A DNA stretch of 64,000 nt from NCBI GenBank assembly GCA_037189525.1, contig JBBCJC010000002.1, forward strand, positions 384,001 through 448,000, in the 5' to 3' direction. Positions within the stretch are counted from its first letter, which is position 1. Every line of letters starts with the position of its first letter. Below the pieces are notes generated by a model. It saw only the letters and a program-made list of their open reading frames with translations. It was not told the origin of the DNA and did not search any database. Made by a program: the position numbers and the translations under genes. This document shows, one piece after another, positions 45,070 to 54,659 of this stretch. Source of the DNA: Gemmatimonadales bacterium. Lineage in GTDB: Bacteria > Gemmatimonadota > Gemmatimonadetes > Gemmatimonadales > GWC2-71-9.

Positions 45070-47529
45070 ATGCCCCTGTCACTCGGGGAGTTCCGTTATG
45101 CGGGGCGTCGCCTCATGCGCGCCCCGATGTTTACCCTGATTGCCGTCATCACCCTGGGCGTCGGGATCGGCGCCAACACGGCCATCTTCAGCGTCGTCAA
45201 TGGCGTGCTGCTCAAGCCGCTGCCCTATCACGACGCCGACCGCCTGGTGCAGGTCAGCCATGTCGCGCCGAACCTGGGCGGCACGGGTCAGAACCTGCCG
45301 CTCTCCGACGCGCTCTACTTCACCTATCGTGGCGACAACCGCGTCTTCGACGAGATCGGCTTGATCTCCGATGGCGACGCGACGATCACGGGCGGATCGT
45401 CACCCGAGCGGGTTCGTTCTCTGACGGTCACCGACGGAACCCTATCGCTGCTCGGTGCCCAGCCGACGCTCGGACGCCGCTTCACGGCCGACGACGACCA
45501 GGCGGGAGCGCCGCCCACCGTGATGCTGAGCTATGCCTACTGGCAGCGTCATTTCGGGGGTGATCGCCAGGTGTTGGAACAGATGCTGCCGATCGACGGG
45601 GTGCCGCATCAGATCATCGGCGTGTTGCCGCGCGATTTCCGGGTGCTCGAATACGACCCGACGATCTATCAGCCGGCGCGGCTCGATCCGGCTCGTGCGC
45701 AGCTGATGGCGATCCGCTTTCCCGCGCTGGCGCGGCTCAAGCCCGGCGTCGACATCGCCCAGGCCAATGCCGATCTGACCCGGCTCCTTCCGCTGGCGTT
45801 CGAACGCTACCCCGGCGGGATGCCCTATGATCGCTTCCGACAGACCGGCTTTGCCCCGGCGCTCGAGCCGCTGAAACAGGCCGTCGTCGGCGACGTGAGC
45901 ACGGTGCTCTGGGTTCTGCTTGGTACGGTTGGCCTGGTGTTGTTGCTGGCCTGTGCCAACGTGGCGAATCTGTTCCTGGTCCGGGCCGAGTCGCGCGAAC
46001 GGGAAGTCGCGGTGCGGACCGCGCTGGGCGCCGGCCGAGACCGGATCGTCGGCGGGTTCCTGACGGAGAGCGTGCTGCTTGGCGCGATGGCGGGGGCATT
46101 GGGTCTGGCGCTCGCCTATGGCGGCCTCCAGTTGCTGCGCGCCATCGGTCCCGAGAGCCTGCCGCGGATGAGCGCTATCGGGTTGGATCTCAAAGTGCTT
46201 GGCTTTACCGCCGTGATCTCGCTGGCGGCCGGGCTGTTGTTCGGCCTGTTGCCCGCGCTCAAGTATGGTCGTCCCGACCTATTACGCGCTCTCAAGGAGG
46301 GGAGTCGGGGTGGCGGCGGTGACCGGGCCCGATTCCGGACGCGCAACGGTCTGGTGGTGGTTCAGGTGGCGCTCGCGCTGGTGCTGCTGATCGGGTCGGG
46401 GCTGATGGTGCGGAGCGTTCAATCGCTCCAGGCCATCGACCCCGGATTCCGGAGTCCCGAGCAGGTGCTCACCTTCCGCCTCTTCGTTCCGGAGGCGGAA
46501 GTGCCCGATCCGGCGCGCGTGATCGAGCTCGAGCGCCAGATCCTGGCCGGCATTGCGCAGCTTCCGGCCGTATCGGGTGTCGGCGCCTCCTGGAGCGTAC
46601 CGATGTTCCCGCGGCGGATGGACGCTCCCATCAGCGTCGAGGGTGTCGAGGCCGATCCCAACACGCTCCAGCCGCCTCGGCGTCACAACACGATTGCGCC
46701 GGGGTACGCCGAAACGCTGCAGAACCCGATTCGGGCGGGGCGCACCATCACGTGGGACGATATCGACAACCGCGCCAAGGTCGTGCTGATCACCGAGAAT
46801 GTGGCCCGTGCCTATTGGTCCAGCGCCTCGGACGCCATCGGGAAGCGGATCAGTCTGGGGATTGGTGGCGACTGGCATGAGATCGTCGGGGTGCTGGCCG
46901 ATACCCGCTCCGACGGCGTCAGCCAGGAAGCGCCGGCAACGGTGCTCTGGCCGTTGTCACCGGACCGGTTTGGCGGCCAGCCGATTCGTTCGATGTCGTT
47001 CCTGGTGCGCACCACCGGCGATCCGCGCGGCTTGCAACGGAGCATCGAGCAGGCGGTTTGGGCCGTGAACCCGAGCCTGCCGCTGGCTGATGTGCGGACC
47101 CTGGCCGACCTGCAGGCGCAGTCGATGGCGCGCGCGGCATTCGCCATGGTCATGCTATCGATTGCTGCGGTCGTGGCCCTGGTCCTGGGTCTGGTCGGGA
47201 TCTATGGGGTGATCTCGTACGTGGTGGCACAGCGGACCCGGGAAATTGGGGTCCGGATCGCGCTCGGCGCGCAGCCCGGCGACGTCCGGCGGATGGTGCT
47301 GGGCCAGGCGGCGCTGGTGACGGCCACCGGTGTCGTGATCGGGCTGGTGACGGCGGCCTTGCTGACGCGGATGCTGACGGGTCTGTTGCATGGGGTCAAA
47401 GCGGTCGACCCGCTCACCTATGCTGCGACGGCGGTGGCCATCGGCCTGGTGGCGTTGGCGGCGAGTTATATCCCGACCCGTCGCGCCGTGGCGATCGACC
47501 CCGCGACGGCGCTCAGAGCGGATGGCTGA
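45070..47529 (+). CDS. Duplicated MacB/FtsX-type ABC permease (ADOP-like orphan permease)
   Basis: LGVGIGANTAIFSVVNGVLLKPLPY, LLLACANVANL, REVAVRTALGA, QRTREIGVRIALGA, RRAVAIDP. Confidence 0.93.
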   Translation: MPLSLGEFRYAGRRLMRAPMFTLIAVITLGVGIGANTAIFSVVNGVLLKPLPYHDADRLVQVSHVAPNLGGTGQNLPLSDALYFTYRGDNRVFDEIGLISDGDATITGGSSPERVRSLTVTDGTLSLLGAQPTLGRRFTADDDQAGAPPTVMLSYAYWQRHFGGDRQVLEQMLPIDGVPHQIIGVLPRDFRVLEYDPTIYQPARLDPARAQLMAIRFPALARLKPGVDIAQANADLTRLLPLAFERYPGGMPYDRFRQTGFAPALEPLKQAVVGDVSTVLWVLLGTVGLVLLLACANVANLFLVRAESREREVAVRTALGAGRDRIVGGFLTESVLLGAMAGALGLALAYGGLQLLRAIGPESLPRMSAIGLDLKVLGFTAVISLAAGLLFGLLPALKYGRPDLLRALKEGSRGGGGDRARFRTRNGLVVVQVALALVLLIGSGLMVRSVQSLQAIDPGFRSPEQVLTFRLFVPEAEVPDPARVIELERQILAGIAQLPAVSGVGASWSVPMFPRRMDAPISVEGVEADPNTLQPPRRHNTIAPGYAETLQNPIRAGRTITWDDIDNRAKVVLITENVARAYWSSASDAIGKRISLGIGGDWHEIVGVLADTRSDGVSQEAPATVLWPLSPDRFGGQPIRSMSFLVRTTGDPRGLQRSIEQAVWAVNPSLPLADVRTLADLQAQSMARAAFAMVMLSIAAVVALVLGLVGIYGVISYVVAQRTREIGVRIALGAQPGDVRRMVLGQAALVTATGVVIGLVTAALLTRMLTGLLHGVKAVDPLTYAATAVAIGLVALAASYIPTRRAVAIDPATALRADG

Positions 47530-47554
47530 AACCGATGGCGTGGTTCCGAACTGC

Positions 47555-48817
47555 TCAGCTGCGAGGATCTCGGGCCAGCTCCGCACGGAACCACGCCGCC
47601 TGTTCCTCGCCCGCCACGGCGGCGAGGTGATCGAGCAACGGCGCCGTGGTGTGAATACCCTGCACCAGATACCCATCGAGGAAGCGGCCGAATTGCTCCG
47701 GGCCGATGCGGTCCTCCAGCCGGGCGAGCAACAGCGGCCCGCGCCGATAGGCGACCTGGCTCGATTGCCGCTCGGTCATCGCCGGGGTCCAGACCGGCCC
47801 CGCTGAGCGCCCGCCTTCCTCCCAGATCGCGCGCCGGCCGTCGAAGGCGGCCTGACTCTCGCGCTCGCGGAGATACATCGCAGCCGCGTACTCCGCCATC
47901 GTCTCGCTCAGCCAGTAATCAGCGGTCATCGCGGCCGTCAGACTGGTCCAGTAGTGCGAGATCTCGTGACAGGCAAAGTTGTGGAGTGACCTGGTGCTAT
48001 CGAGTCCGGCGTCGCTCAACACGATGTAGTTCTTGCGAGCGTATCCGGTTCCGGGCCGGTCGGCGATCACGACCTGTCCGCCCGGAAACGGATTGCGAGA
48101 ACCGAAACGCGCATCGAGATACGCGACGCAACTCTCGACCGCATCGAGCGTGGCGGCGACGGTACGATCCGCGGCCCGGTTGTAGAAGACCGTAAAGCGC
48201 TTGCCTTTGGCCTGTCGGAGTTCGGTCGTGGCGAAAAACGCGACGTCGATCTGCGGCACCTCGGTGCGGATGACCTGGTCGTTCCCGTCGGGGCGGACGG
48301 TGCCACCCGACGCGACCACCTGCCAACCTTGCGGCAGGCGGACGCGGAGTTCGCCCTCGAGTTCGTGATCGAGGCGCGCGGGAGTCGGAAACCACTGCGA
48401 GTCGAGGCCGAGTTCGACGCGGTTGGGCAGTACGCCATTGCTGCCGTTGGGTGGCAGGTCGAGCCGGCCGCCGTACCTGATCTGCACGGTACGCGTTGTT
48501 CCCGGAGCCACGGGTTCGTCCAATCCGATCGCGATCCGGTTCCAGCTGGGTACCAGATCGAACGGTGCCGCGTGATGGGATCCCACACCCTTGCCGGAGA
48601 GTTCGCGGATCGTCAACCCCCGATTGAGCAACAGGTGAATGGTATCGCGCGCGGCTGCGTGCGCCGGCAGGTGAAGCGTCGCGGCGACTTCGATCGTGCC
48701 GGCAGCGACGTCGATACGCGCGTCGGCCTGATAGCGGACGCGCGGAGATTGCGCGCTGCCCGCCGAGGCCAGGTTCAACGCGACCGCGACCGCCACCGCT
48801 GCGACCCGGATCATCAT
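47555..48817 (-). CDS. Exported M1-like (gluzincin) metallopeptidase
   Basis: Signal peptide, HEISHYW, WLSETMAEY (third ligand), AYRRG (catalytic Tyr region). GTGYAR replaces GAMEN. Confidence 0.8.
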   Translation of the reverse strand: MMIRVAAVAVAVALNLASAGSAQSPRVRYQADARIDVAAGTIEVAATLHLPAHAAARDTIHLLLNRGLTIRELSGKGVGSHHAAPFDLVPSWNRIAIGLDEPVAPGTTRTVQIRYGGRLDLPPNGSNGVLPNRVELGLDSQWFPTPARLDHELEGELRVRLPQGWQVVASGGTVRPDGNDQVIRTEVPQIDVAFFATTELRQAKGKRFTVFYNRAADRTVAATLDAVESCVAYLDARFGSRNPFPGGQVVIADRPGTGYARKNYIVLSDAGLDSTRSLHNFACHEISHYWTSLTAAMTADYWLSETMAEYAAAMYLRERESQAAFDGRRAIWEEGGRSAGPVWTPAMTERQSSQVAYRRGPLLLARLEDRIGPEQFGRFLDGYLVQGIHTTAPLLDHLAAVAGEEQAAWFRAELARDPRS

Positions 48818-50037
48818 GGTGCGGCGAGCTTGCCGGCCAGTTCGATGAAACGCGGGTCGCGTGATACCAGATAAGCGGTTCCCGGAACCTGATCGACCGC
48901 CGCCGTTCCGGTACCTGCGCTGGTCGAGTGCATCGAACCGACATTGGCGACCACCGCAACCACCACGTCAGCGCCTTCGATCCAGTAGAGCGAACCGGTA
49001 AAGCCGAGCACGTCGCCGTCGTGCCCGATAAGGGCGACACCGCTCGGATAGGTCCGGCGGAAGACGTTGTGTCCGACCTGCGAGTTGTCGCTGACAGTGA
49101 ACCACTGGGTCAGGAACTTCATGCTCTCCGGTTTGAGGAGCTTGCCGTCCCGAAGCGCCGCCCCATACCGCGCCAGGTCGCGCGCCGTGGCAATCATTCC
49201 ACCCGCGGTCCACTCGACGGACAGGTTCGACCCGGTCGCGTCGATCAGCCCGGGCCGCGGTTCGCTGAAGGCGGCATTGATGCCGGCGCTTTCCCGGAAA
49301 GTCGGTGTCGCCCAATGGTATCGATGGGGAATTCGCTCGCTGGGCACTGGTTCGAATCCTTCGAGGCGGATATCGGCGAGCCCGAGCGGATCGAGGATGC
49401 GGCGATGGATTTCGGCCACGGCATCGTTGCCGGTGATCTTCTCGATGACCATGCCGAGCAGCGTATAGTTGCTATTGGAGTAGCTGTATTTGGTGCCGGG
49501 ATCGAAGAGCGGCTGGTGACCCGTGATGTAGGGGAGCGCCTCGGTCTTGCCCCAGATGCGGGCCGGGTTGAGCCGATCGCCGCGGCCCTCCCGGATCCAC
49601 TTCGGATCGTCTTCCCAACTCGGCACCCCGCCGGTGTGATTCAGCAGCTGCGCAATGGTCGCCTTGTCGGCATTGGGAATACCGGCGACCGCCGCGCCCA
49701 GGATACTGGCGCTGGTGGCATCGAGGTCCAGTCGCCCTTCCTCGGCCAGTTGCAACACCACCACCGCCGCAAAGGTTTTGGTGATGCTTCCGATGCCGAA
49801 CAGCATGTCGGGGCTGATGGGCGTCTTGGCGACGATATCGGCCTGTCCGGCGACACCGGTCCAGATCACCCCGGTGCTGTCGGCCACCGCGGCCGAGACG
49901 CCTGGGAGGCCTTTGGCGACGGCCTCATCCAGCAGGGATTGCAGTTCCATGGCGGCTCCCACGGTCGGGGGCGATTCGGCGGCGGGTTTGCAGGCCCCGG
50001 CAACGAGGGCGAGAGCGACGAGGAGTCGCGAATGCAT
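48814..50037 (-). CDS. Serine hydrolase, D-Ala-D-Ala carboxypeptidase/beta-lactamase family lipoprotein
   Basis: Lipobox AGAC, FGIGSITK, LLNHTGG, YSNSNY, GHDG. ATGA overlap with the M1-like gene. Confidence 0.9.
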   Translation of the reverse strand: MHSRLLVALALVAGACKPAAESPPTVGAAMELQSLLDEAVAKGLPGVSAAVADSTGVIWTGVAGQADIVAKTPISPDMLFGIGSITKTFAAVVVLQLAEEGRLDLDATSASILGAAVAGIPNADKATIAQLLNHTGGVPSWEDDPKWIREGRGDRLNPARIWGKTEALPYITGHQPLFDPGTKYSYSNSNYTLLGMVIEKITGNDAVAEIHRRILDPLGLADIRLEGFEPVPSERIPHRYHWATPTFRESAGINAAFSEPRPGLIDATGSNLSVEWTAGGMIATARDLARYGAALRDGKLLKPESMKFLTQWFTVSDNSQVGHNVFRRTYPSGVALIGHDGDVLGFTGSLYWIEGADVVVAVVANVGSMHSTSAGTGTAAVDQVPGTAYLVSRDPRFIELAGKLAAP

Positions 50038-50213
50038 GGGTACTCCGGTCGAGAGGGAGAGTCGACGAATAGCGGCTCACCAAAGATGGTGCCCTCGAGC
50101 CGGGATGAGTAGCGTCTGTCGCCCGAGCCGTCTGGATTTGCGAAACCAGGCTGCCGCGGTTGTCGTAGGCACTGGTCTCGATCCGGCATTCGTCTCGAAC
50201 TCACGGTCTCCCG

Positions 50214-52052
50214 ATGATCCGTCTCCTGCTCTCGTCCGTGCTGGTTGCCTCGCTGCTGCCATGTGCCAAGGTCTCGGCGCAGAGCGATGTCGTCATTTCC
50301 CGAGTGACGGTCGTCGATATTGAACGGGGGCGGCTGATTCCTGATCAGACCGTCGTGATATCCGGCGGGCGGATCATTGCTGTGGAGCCAGCCGGCCGTG
50401 CCCGGCCGTCGCCGGATGCTCGTACGGTCGACGGTAGAGGCAAGTATCTGATGCCCGGTCTGCTCGACATGCACGTCCATCTGACGGCGAGCGGCAACGC
50501 CACCGGCATCGAAATGCCGTTGTTCATTGCCAATGGCGTTACCGGGGTTCGGGTCATGAATGCCGATCGCCCCAACGCCAATCCGACTGCGACGCCGGGC
50601 CTCGATACCCATCGCGGATGGCAGCGCCAGATCGAGGCCGGGACGCTGACCGGTCCGCGCCTGCTTTCGCTCGCTACCTGGGCAGTCAACGGCGGCGCCG
50701 GGATGCCCGCCGGCATGCCCGATTTCTATCGTGCCAGCACCCGGGAGGAAGGGGAGCAGCTGGCCCGGCACTTCAAGGAGCGGGGCTTCGATTTCATCAA
50801 GATCTATAACAACGTCTCGCGCGACGGCTATTTCGGATTGACGGATGAAGCGCGGCGGCTCGGGCTGCCGTTTGCCGGGCATGAGCCGGGTGCCGTGAGT
50901 GCAATCGAGATTTCGAATGCGGGGCAGGGAAGCCTCGAGCACTCGCGGATCTTTCTTTTCAACTGTTTTGCCGGCGCCGACTCGATGCAGAAGCGTCTGC
51001 TCAAGCTGACCTCCACGGCACTCCGCCGTCGGATGCTCGACGAGTATGATCCGACCCGTTGTGCCGAGGTTTTTCGGGTCTTTGCAAAGAACCGAACCTA
51101 CCTCACGCCAACGCTGGGGACCCGGCAGATGGACGCGATGGCGCACGATTCGGCATATCGGAACGATGCCAGGATGAAGTACATCCCGCTGCCGGCGCAG
51201 CTGGCGTGGAATGCCGACGCCGACGGTATGGTCGCCGGCGATCCGTCACCGGAGGGACGCCGGTCGTATCTCGACTTCTATCATCGGAGTCGCGCGCTGA
51301 CGCGGGATGCGTACCGTGCCGGAGTGCCGATCATGGTCGGGACCGATGCGGGCGATTCCTTCGTCTTTCCCGGATCCAGCATGCACAGTGAGCTGGAAGA
51401 GCTCGTGGCGGCGGGTTTCTCGCCAGCCGAAGCGCTGCGTGCGGCGACGCTGGGTGGCGCGGAGTATTTGAAGCGGACCGCGGATCTGGGCACGGTCCAG
51501 TCCGGCCGTTATGCGGACCTGGTGCTACTCGATGCCGATCCTCTCGCCGATGTGGCCAATGTGCGGCGGATTTATGCCGTGTTGATGAATGGTCGTGTTT
51601 ACGACCGCGCCGCGCTCGATGCGATGCTTGCGGGAGTGGAGGTGGCTGCGCGGCCCAGTGCGCAACTCCGTCTCTGGGCTGGTGCTGCGATGGGAGACAC
51701 GGCGGCAATGGCGGCTGGGCTTGCGGCCGGCGCCAAGATCGACTCGCTCGACACCGGGCGGGCTTCGTCGGGCCGCCGGGCGCTCAACTACGCAGCGCTC
51801 GGCAACCGCGCTCTGGCGATTCGGTTCCTGCTGGCGCGGGGCGCGTCGATCGACCTGGCCAACGGCACAGGGTTCGCGGCCGTGCATCATGCCGTCGAGG
51901 CCGGCGCGCTGGAGGCGCTCGATGTCCTGATCGAGGCGGGCGCCGATCTGACCCTCGCCACGTCGAGCGGCATGACACCTCTCACGATGGCCCAGCGTCG
52001 CGAATCGAAAGCCCTCGTTGCGCGTCTGGAGGCCGGGCGAAGCACTCGCTAG
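50214..52052 (+). CDS. Exported amidohydrolase fused to C-terminal ankyrin repeats
   Basis: Signal peptide, PGLLDMHVH, FIKIY, AGH, LEH, GTDAG, ADLVLLDADP. Then ALNYAA..N...IRFLLARGASID, AVHHAVEAG...LIEAGAD, TPLTMA. Confidence 0.88.
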   Translation: MIRLLLSSVLVASLLPCAKVSAQSDVVISRVTVVDIERGRLIPDQTVVISGGRIIAVEPAGRARPSPDARTVDGRGKYLMPGLLDMHVHLTASGNATGIEMPLFIANGVTGVRVMNADRPNANPTATPGLDTHRGWQRQIEAGTLTGPRLLSLATWAVNGGAGMPAGMPDFYRASTREEGEQLARHFKERGFDFIKIYNNVSRDGYFGLTDEARRLGLPFAGHEPGAVSAIEISNAGQGSLEHSRIFLFNCFAGADSMQKRLLKLTSTALRRRMLDEYDPTRCAEVFRVFAKNRTYLTPTLGTRQMDAMAHDSAYRNDARMKYIPLPAQLAWNADADGMVAGDPSPEGRRSYLDFYHRSRALTRDAYRAGVPIMVGTDAGDSFVFPGSSMHSELEELVAAGFSPAEALRAATLGGAEYLKRTADLGTVQSGRYADLVLLDADPLADVANVRRIYAVLMNGRVYDRAALDAMLAGVEVAARPSAQLRLWAGAAMGDTAAMAAGLAAGAKIDSLDTGRASSGRRALNYAALGNRALAIRFLLARGASIDLANGTGFAAVHHAVEAGALEALDVLIEAGADLTLATSSGMTPLTMAQRRESKALVARLEAGRSTR

Positions 52053-52078
52053 CAGGATCGAGCGGGCGCTTGCCGGCG

Positions 52079-52741
52079 TCAGGCGAATCCGACCGTCGTG
52101 ACGTGCGCGATCAGGTGTGCCAGCACCAGATACTCATATCCGTAGCGAGCGTAAAGCCAGCCGAACGCGACTCCGGCCAGACCATTGCCGACCGTGGCGA
52201 CCAGGATGATGGTCGCCTCCTGCCCACCGAGACTCGTCAGATGAAACCCGATGTACGCGAGCGTGGCGATGACGATTCCCGCGGTCGTGCTACGCGTCGC
52301 CGCCACCACGCCGCTCATGATGGCGAGATGTAACACGGCTTCCAGCGTCACGGCTGCAAAGACGGCGGAGCCGGCCCGGACCGCAAACGAGGCCGGGCTC
52401 GACGGCAGGTCGAACATGGCAAAGAGTGCGAGCCCGAACAAACCGATCCCCAGCCCGACTGCAATAGCCGGTAGAAGCCCCGGGGTAGCACTCGGCGGAC
52501 GGTTCCCGGATTCGAAAGCGCGCAGGACCGGCATCGGGAGACCGGCGCGATCTGCCCAGCCCAGGCCGAGCCAGGTGGCAATCGCGGCAATGCCGGTCGC
52601 GACGGCGATGAAGATCGCGGCCGCCGCCGTCGAAATCGCCGTGGGTGCGCCGGCGCGCAGGAACGGTACGAACAGGATCGCACCGAGCGCGGCAAGCGCG
52701 ATGAGGAGGATAGCGCGTCGGTGACGTGTCATGGCATACAT
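52079..52741 (-). CDS. CPBP/Abi-family intramembrane protease-like protein with degenerate motifs
   Basis: Multi-TM. TLEAVLHL (cf. EExxxR), GFH, FGWLYARYG, AHLIAH. Confidence 0.7.
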   Translation of the reverse strand: MYAMTRHRRAILLIALAALGAILFVPFLRAGAPTAISTAAAAIFIAVATGIAAIATWLGLGWADRAGLPMPVLRAFESGNRPPSATPGLLPAIAVGLGIGLFGLALFAMFDLPSSPASFAVRAGSAVFAAVTLEAVLHLAIMSGVVAATRSTTAGIVIATLAYIGFHLTSLGGQEATIILVATVGNGLAGVAFGWLYARYGYEYLVLAHLIAHVTTVGFA

Positions 52742-52744
52742 GGT

Positions 52745-53266
52745 CTACTGGTTGGGCATGCGCTTGCCGATTTCCTCGCTCAAACGGCGACCGAAGAGAG
52801 CCTGTCGTTCTGTCATGATCGCCTCGCCGACCTTTGCGCCCTCCCGGGTCAACGTCGCCTGCGCAGCAAGGAGCCGTTGTCCGAACGGTGTGGCCTGCAG
52901 CTCGACCAGGCGTTTCAAATCGTCGGTGGAATAGGTTTTGACATAGAGCGGAATCATCGCGTCGACCCAGACGGATTGTGGGGTGACCTCCGCCATCACG
53001 TCGCGCACGATGACGTTGAGAATGCTGTCCTGTGCCTGGGTCATGCGCTGACCGCCGGATTCGAACATGCCTTTCATCATCAGCAGGGCGGTGTTCGCGG
53101 CAAGATCCATGGCGGCATCGTACATGCCGCTGCTGTACACCTGGGTAACGGCTTGGCGGGCCAGCGACGTTTTGGTGGGGTCGCCTTCGGCATCCAACGC
53201 CATCGGACCTGCAGTGACTAATACTGCCATGGACATCGCGACACGCCGAAACCATGCACCCGTCAT
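52745..53266 (-). CDS. DUF2059-like exported protein
   Basis: Signal peptide and LYVKTYSTDDLKRLVELQATPFGQRLL, resembling the Y...f+..EL..l..Fy.sP.G.k motif. Confidence 0.7.
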   Translation of the reverse strand: MTGAWFRRVAMSMAVLVTAGPMALDAEGDPTKTSLARQAVTQVYSSGMYDAAMDLAANTALLMMKGMFESGGQRMTQAQDSILNVIVRDVMAEVTPQSVWVDAMIPLYVKTYSTDDLKRLVELQATPFGQRLLAAQATLTREGAKVGEAIMTERQALFGRRLSEEIGKRMPNQ

Positions 53267-53434
53267 CTCCAGCCCCCACTCGTCATAGGTGGCACCGCCT
53301 GCGTTCGTTTATGCAGCGTCGTCCAAGAATGTAGTGCTTTGCGTCGGTCCTGTAGTGCATCCTGCTTGAATGCCCTGTCCCCGTTTGGCGATATAGCCGC
53401 TACATTCCGATCCGTCCTCAAACCCACCGGTCCC

Positions 53435-54586
53435 ATGCATCGTTCACTTCGCCTGCTTCCGCTCGGCGCCGTGCTGACTGCGGCTGCCTGCAGCACACCC
53501 GCCGCCAAACCCGCCGAGAGCGCCGCGGCCCCCGCTGTTCCGTCCGGCGCGCCCTGGACGCTCCAGGCCGCCCGTCCCGATACCAGCGATGGCGTCCGGA
53601 TCCTGGTCCTCCACGACATGGAAGGCCTCTCCGGCCAGAGCGATCCGTCCTCCTTCAATTACGGCAGCGCGCTCTACCCCAAGGGACAGGAGATGCTGGT
53701 CGCCGACATCAACGCGGTGGTCGACGGTCTCTATCAGGGCGGTGCCACCGAGGTCATCATCGTCGACGGCCACGGCAGCGGAAACCCCGGCCCCGATGTC
53801 CGACGTGATCTCCTCGATCCGCGTGCCAAGCAGATCCTCCGCGACGAATCGTTCGACGGTTACTTCGACACTCCCAACTTCGAGAAATTCGACGGCGTGG
53901 CCGTAGTGGGGATGCACGCCAAGACCGGATCGCGCGGTTTTGCGTCCCACACCTTCACGCTCGGGATCGGGATCGCCATCAACGGTCATTTCATCACCGA
54001 AACCGAGCTGGTCGGTCTATCATGGGGACGGAACGGCACGCCGGTGATCTTCGGTTCCGGCGATGACCGCCTCGCCGCCGACCTGGCCGGTCCGATGCCC
54101 TGGATCGAGTTTGTCACCGTGAAGAAGGCCACCGCCGCCGACAGCGCTGAGCCTCGGCCCGTGGAGGAGGCGCGGGCGGAACTGACGGCAAAGGCCAAAC
54201 TCGCGGTCGAGAACCTGAAGGCTGGGAAGGCCCAGGTGATGAAGGCGCCGGCGCCGCTCCGGGTCGGGCTCCGCGCCGTGCCGCCCGCCAATATCGCCGT
54301 GCTCGATGGGTTTCCGGGTGTGACCTACGCCGACAGCACCGCCACGATCACCGCGGACAGTCTGCGCGCCGGGTACGATGCGTTGATCAAGATGGTGGGG
54401 ATTGCCACCGGCGCGTACACCGGCCAGCTGGTCAGGATCGTGGCGTCGCGGCCGGATGGACAGCAGATCATGCGCACCTACCGAGATCAGCTGGGTAAGG
54501 TCTGGTTCGATTACGAATCGGGTCGCTGGCAGGCTCCTCCGGCGCCGGCGCCCGATACCGGCCGGAAGTACCACGGCTATCGCTAG
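53435..54586 (+). CDS. M55 (DppA-like) D-aminopeptidase family lipoprotein
   Basis: Lipobox AAAC, DMEG, DGHGSG, GMHAK, SHT, E, SGDD, VTVK. Confidence 0.88.
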   Translation: MHRSLRLLPLGAVLTAAACSTPAAKPAESAAAPAVPSGAPWTLQAARPDTSDGVRILVLHDMEGLSGQSDPSSFNYGSALYPKGQEMLVADINAVVDGLYQGGATEVIIVDGHGSGNPGPDVRRDLLDPRAKQILRDESFDGYFDTPNFEKFDGVAVVGMHAKTGSRGFASHTFTLGIGIAINGHFITETELVGLSWGRNGTPVIFGSGDDRLAADLAGPMPWIEFVTVKKATAADSAEPRPVEEARAELTAKAKLAVENLKAGKAQVMKAPAPLRVGLRAVPPANIAVLDGFPGVTYADSTATITADSLRAGYDALIKMVGIATGAYTGQLVRIVASRPDGQQIMRTYRDQLGKVWFDYESGRWQAPPAPAPDTGRKYHGYR

Positions 54587-54659
54587 CTGCGTATTTGATC
54601 CGCCCCGCCGGTCCGCTTTCGGGCCGGCGCCACGGCGGGCGATGGTACAGCTGCTGTAG

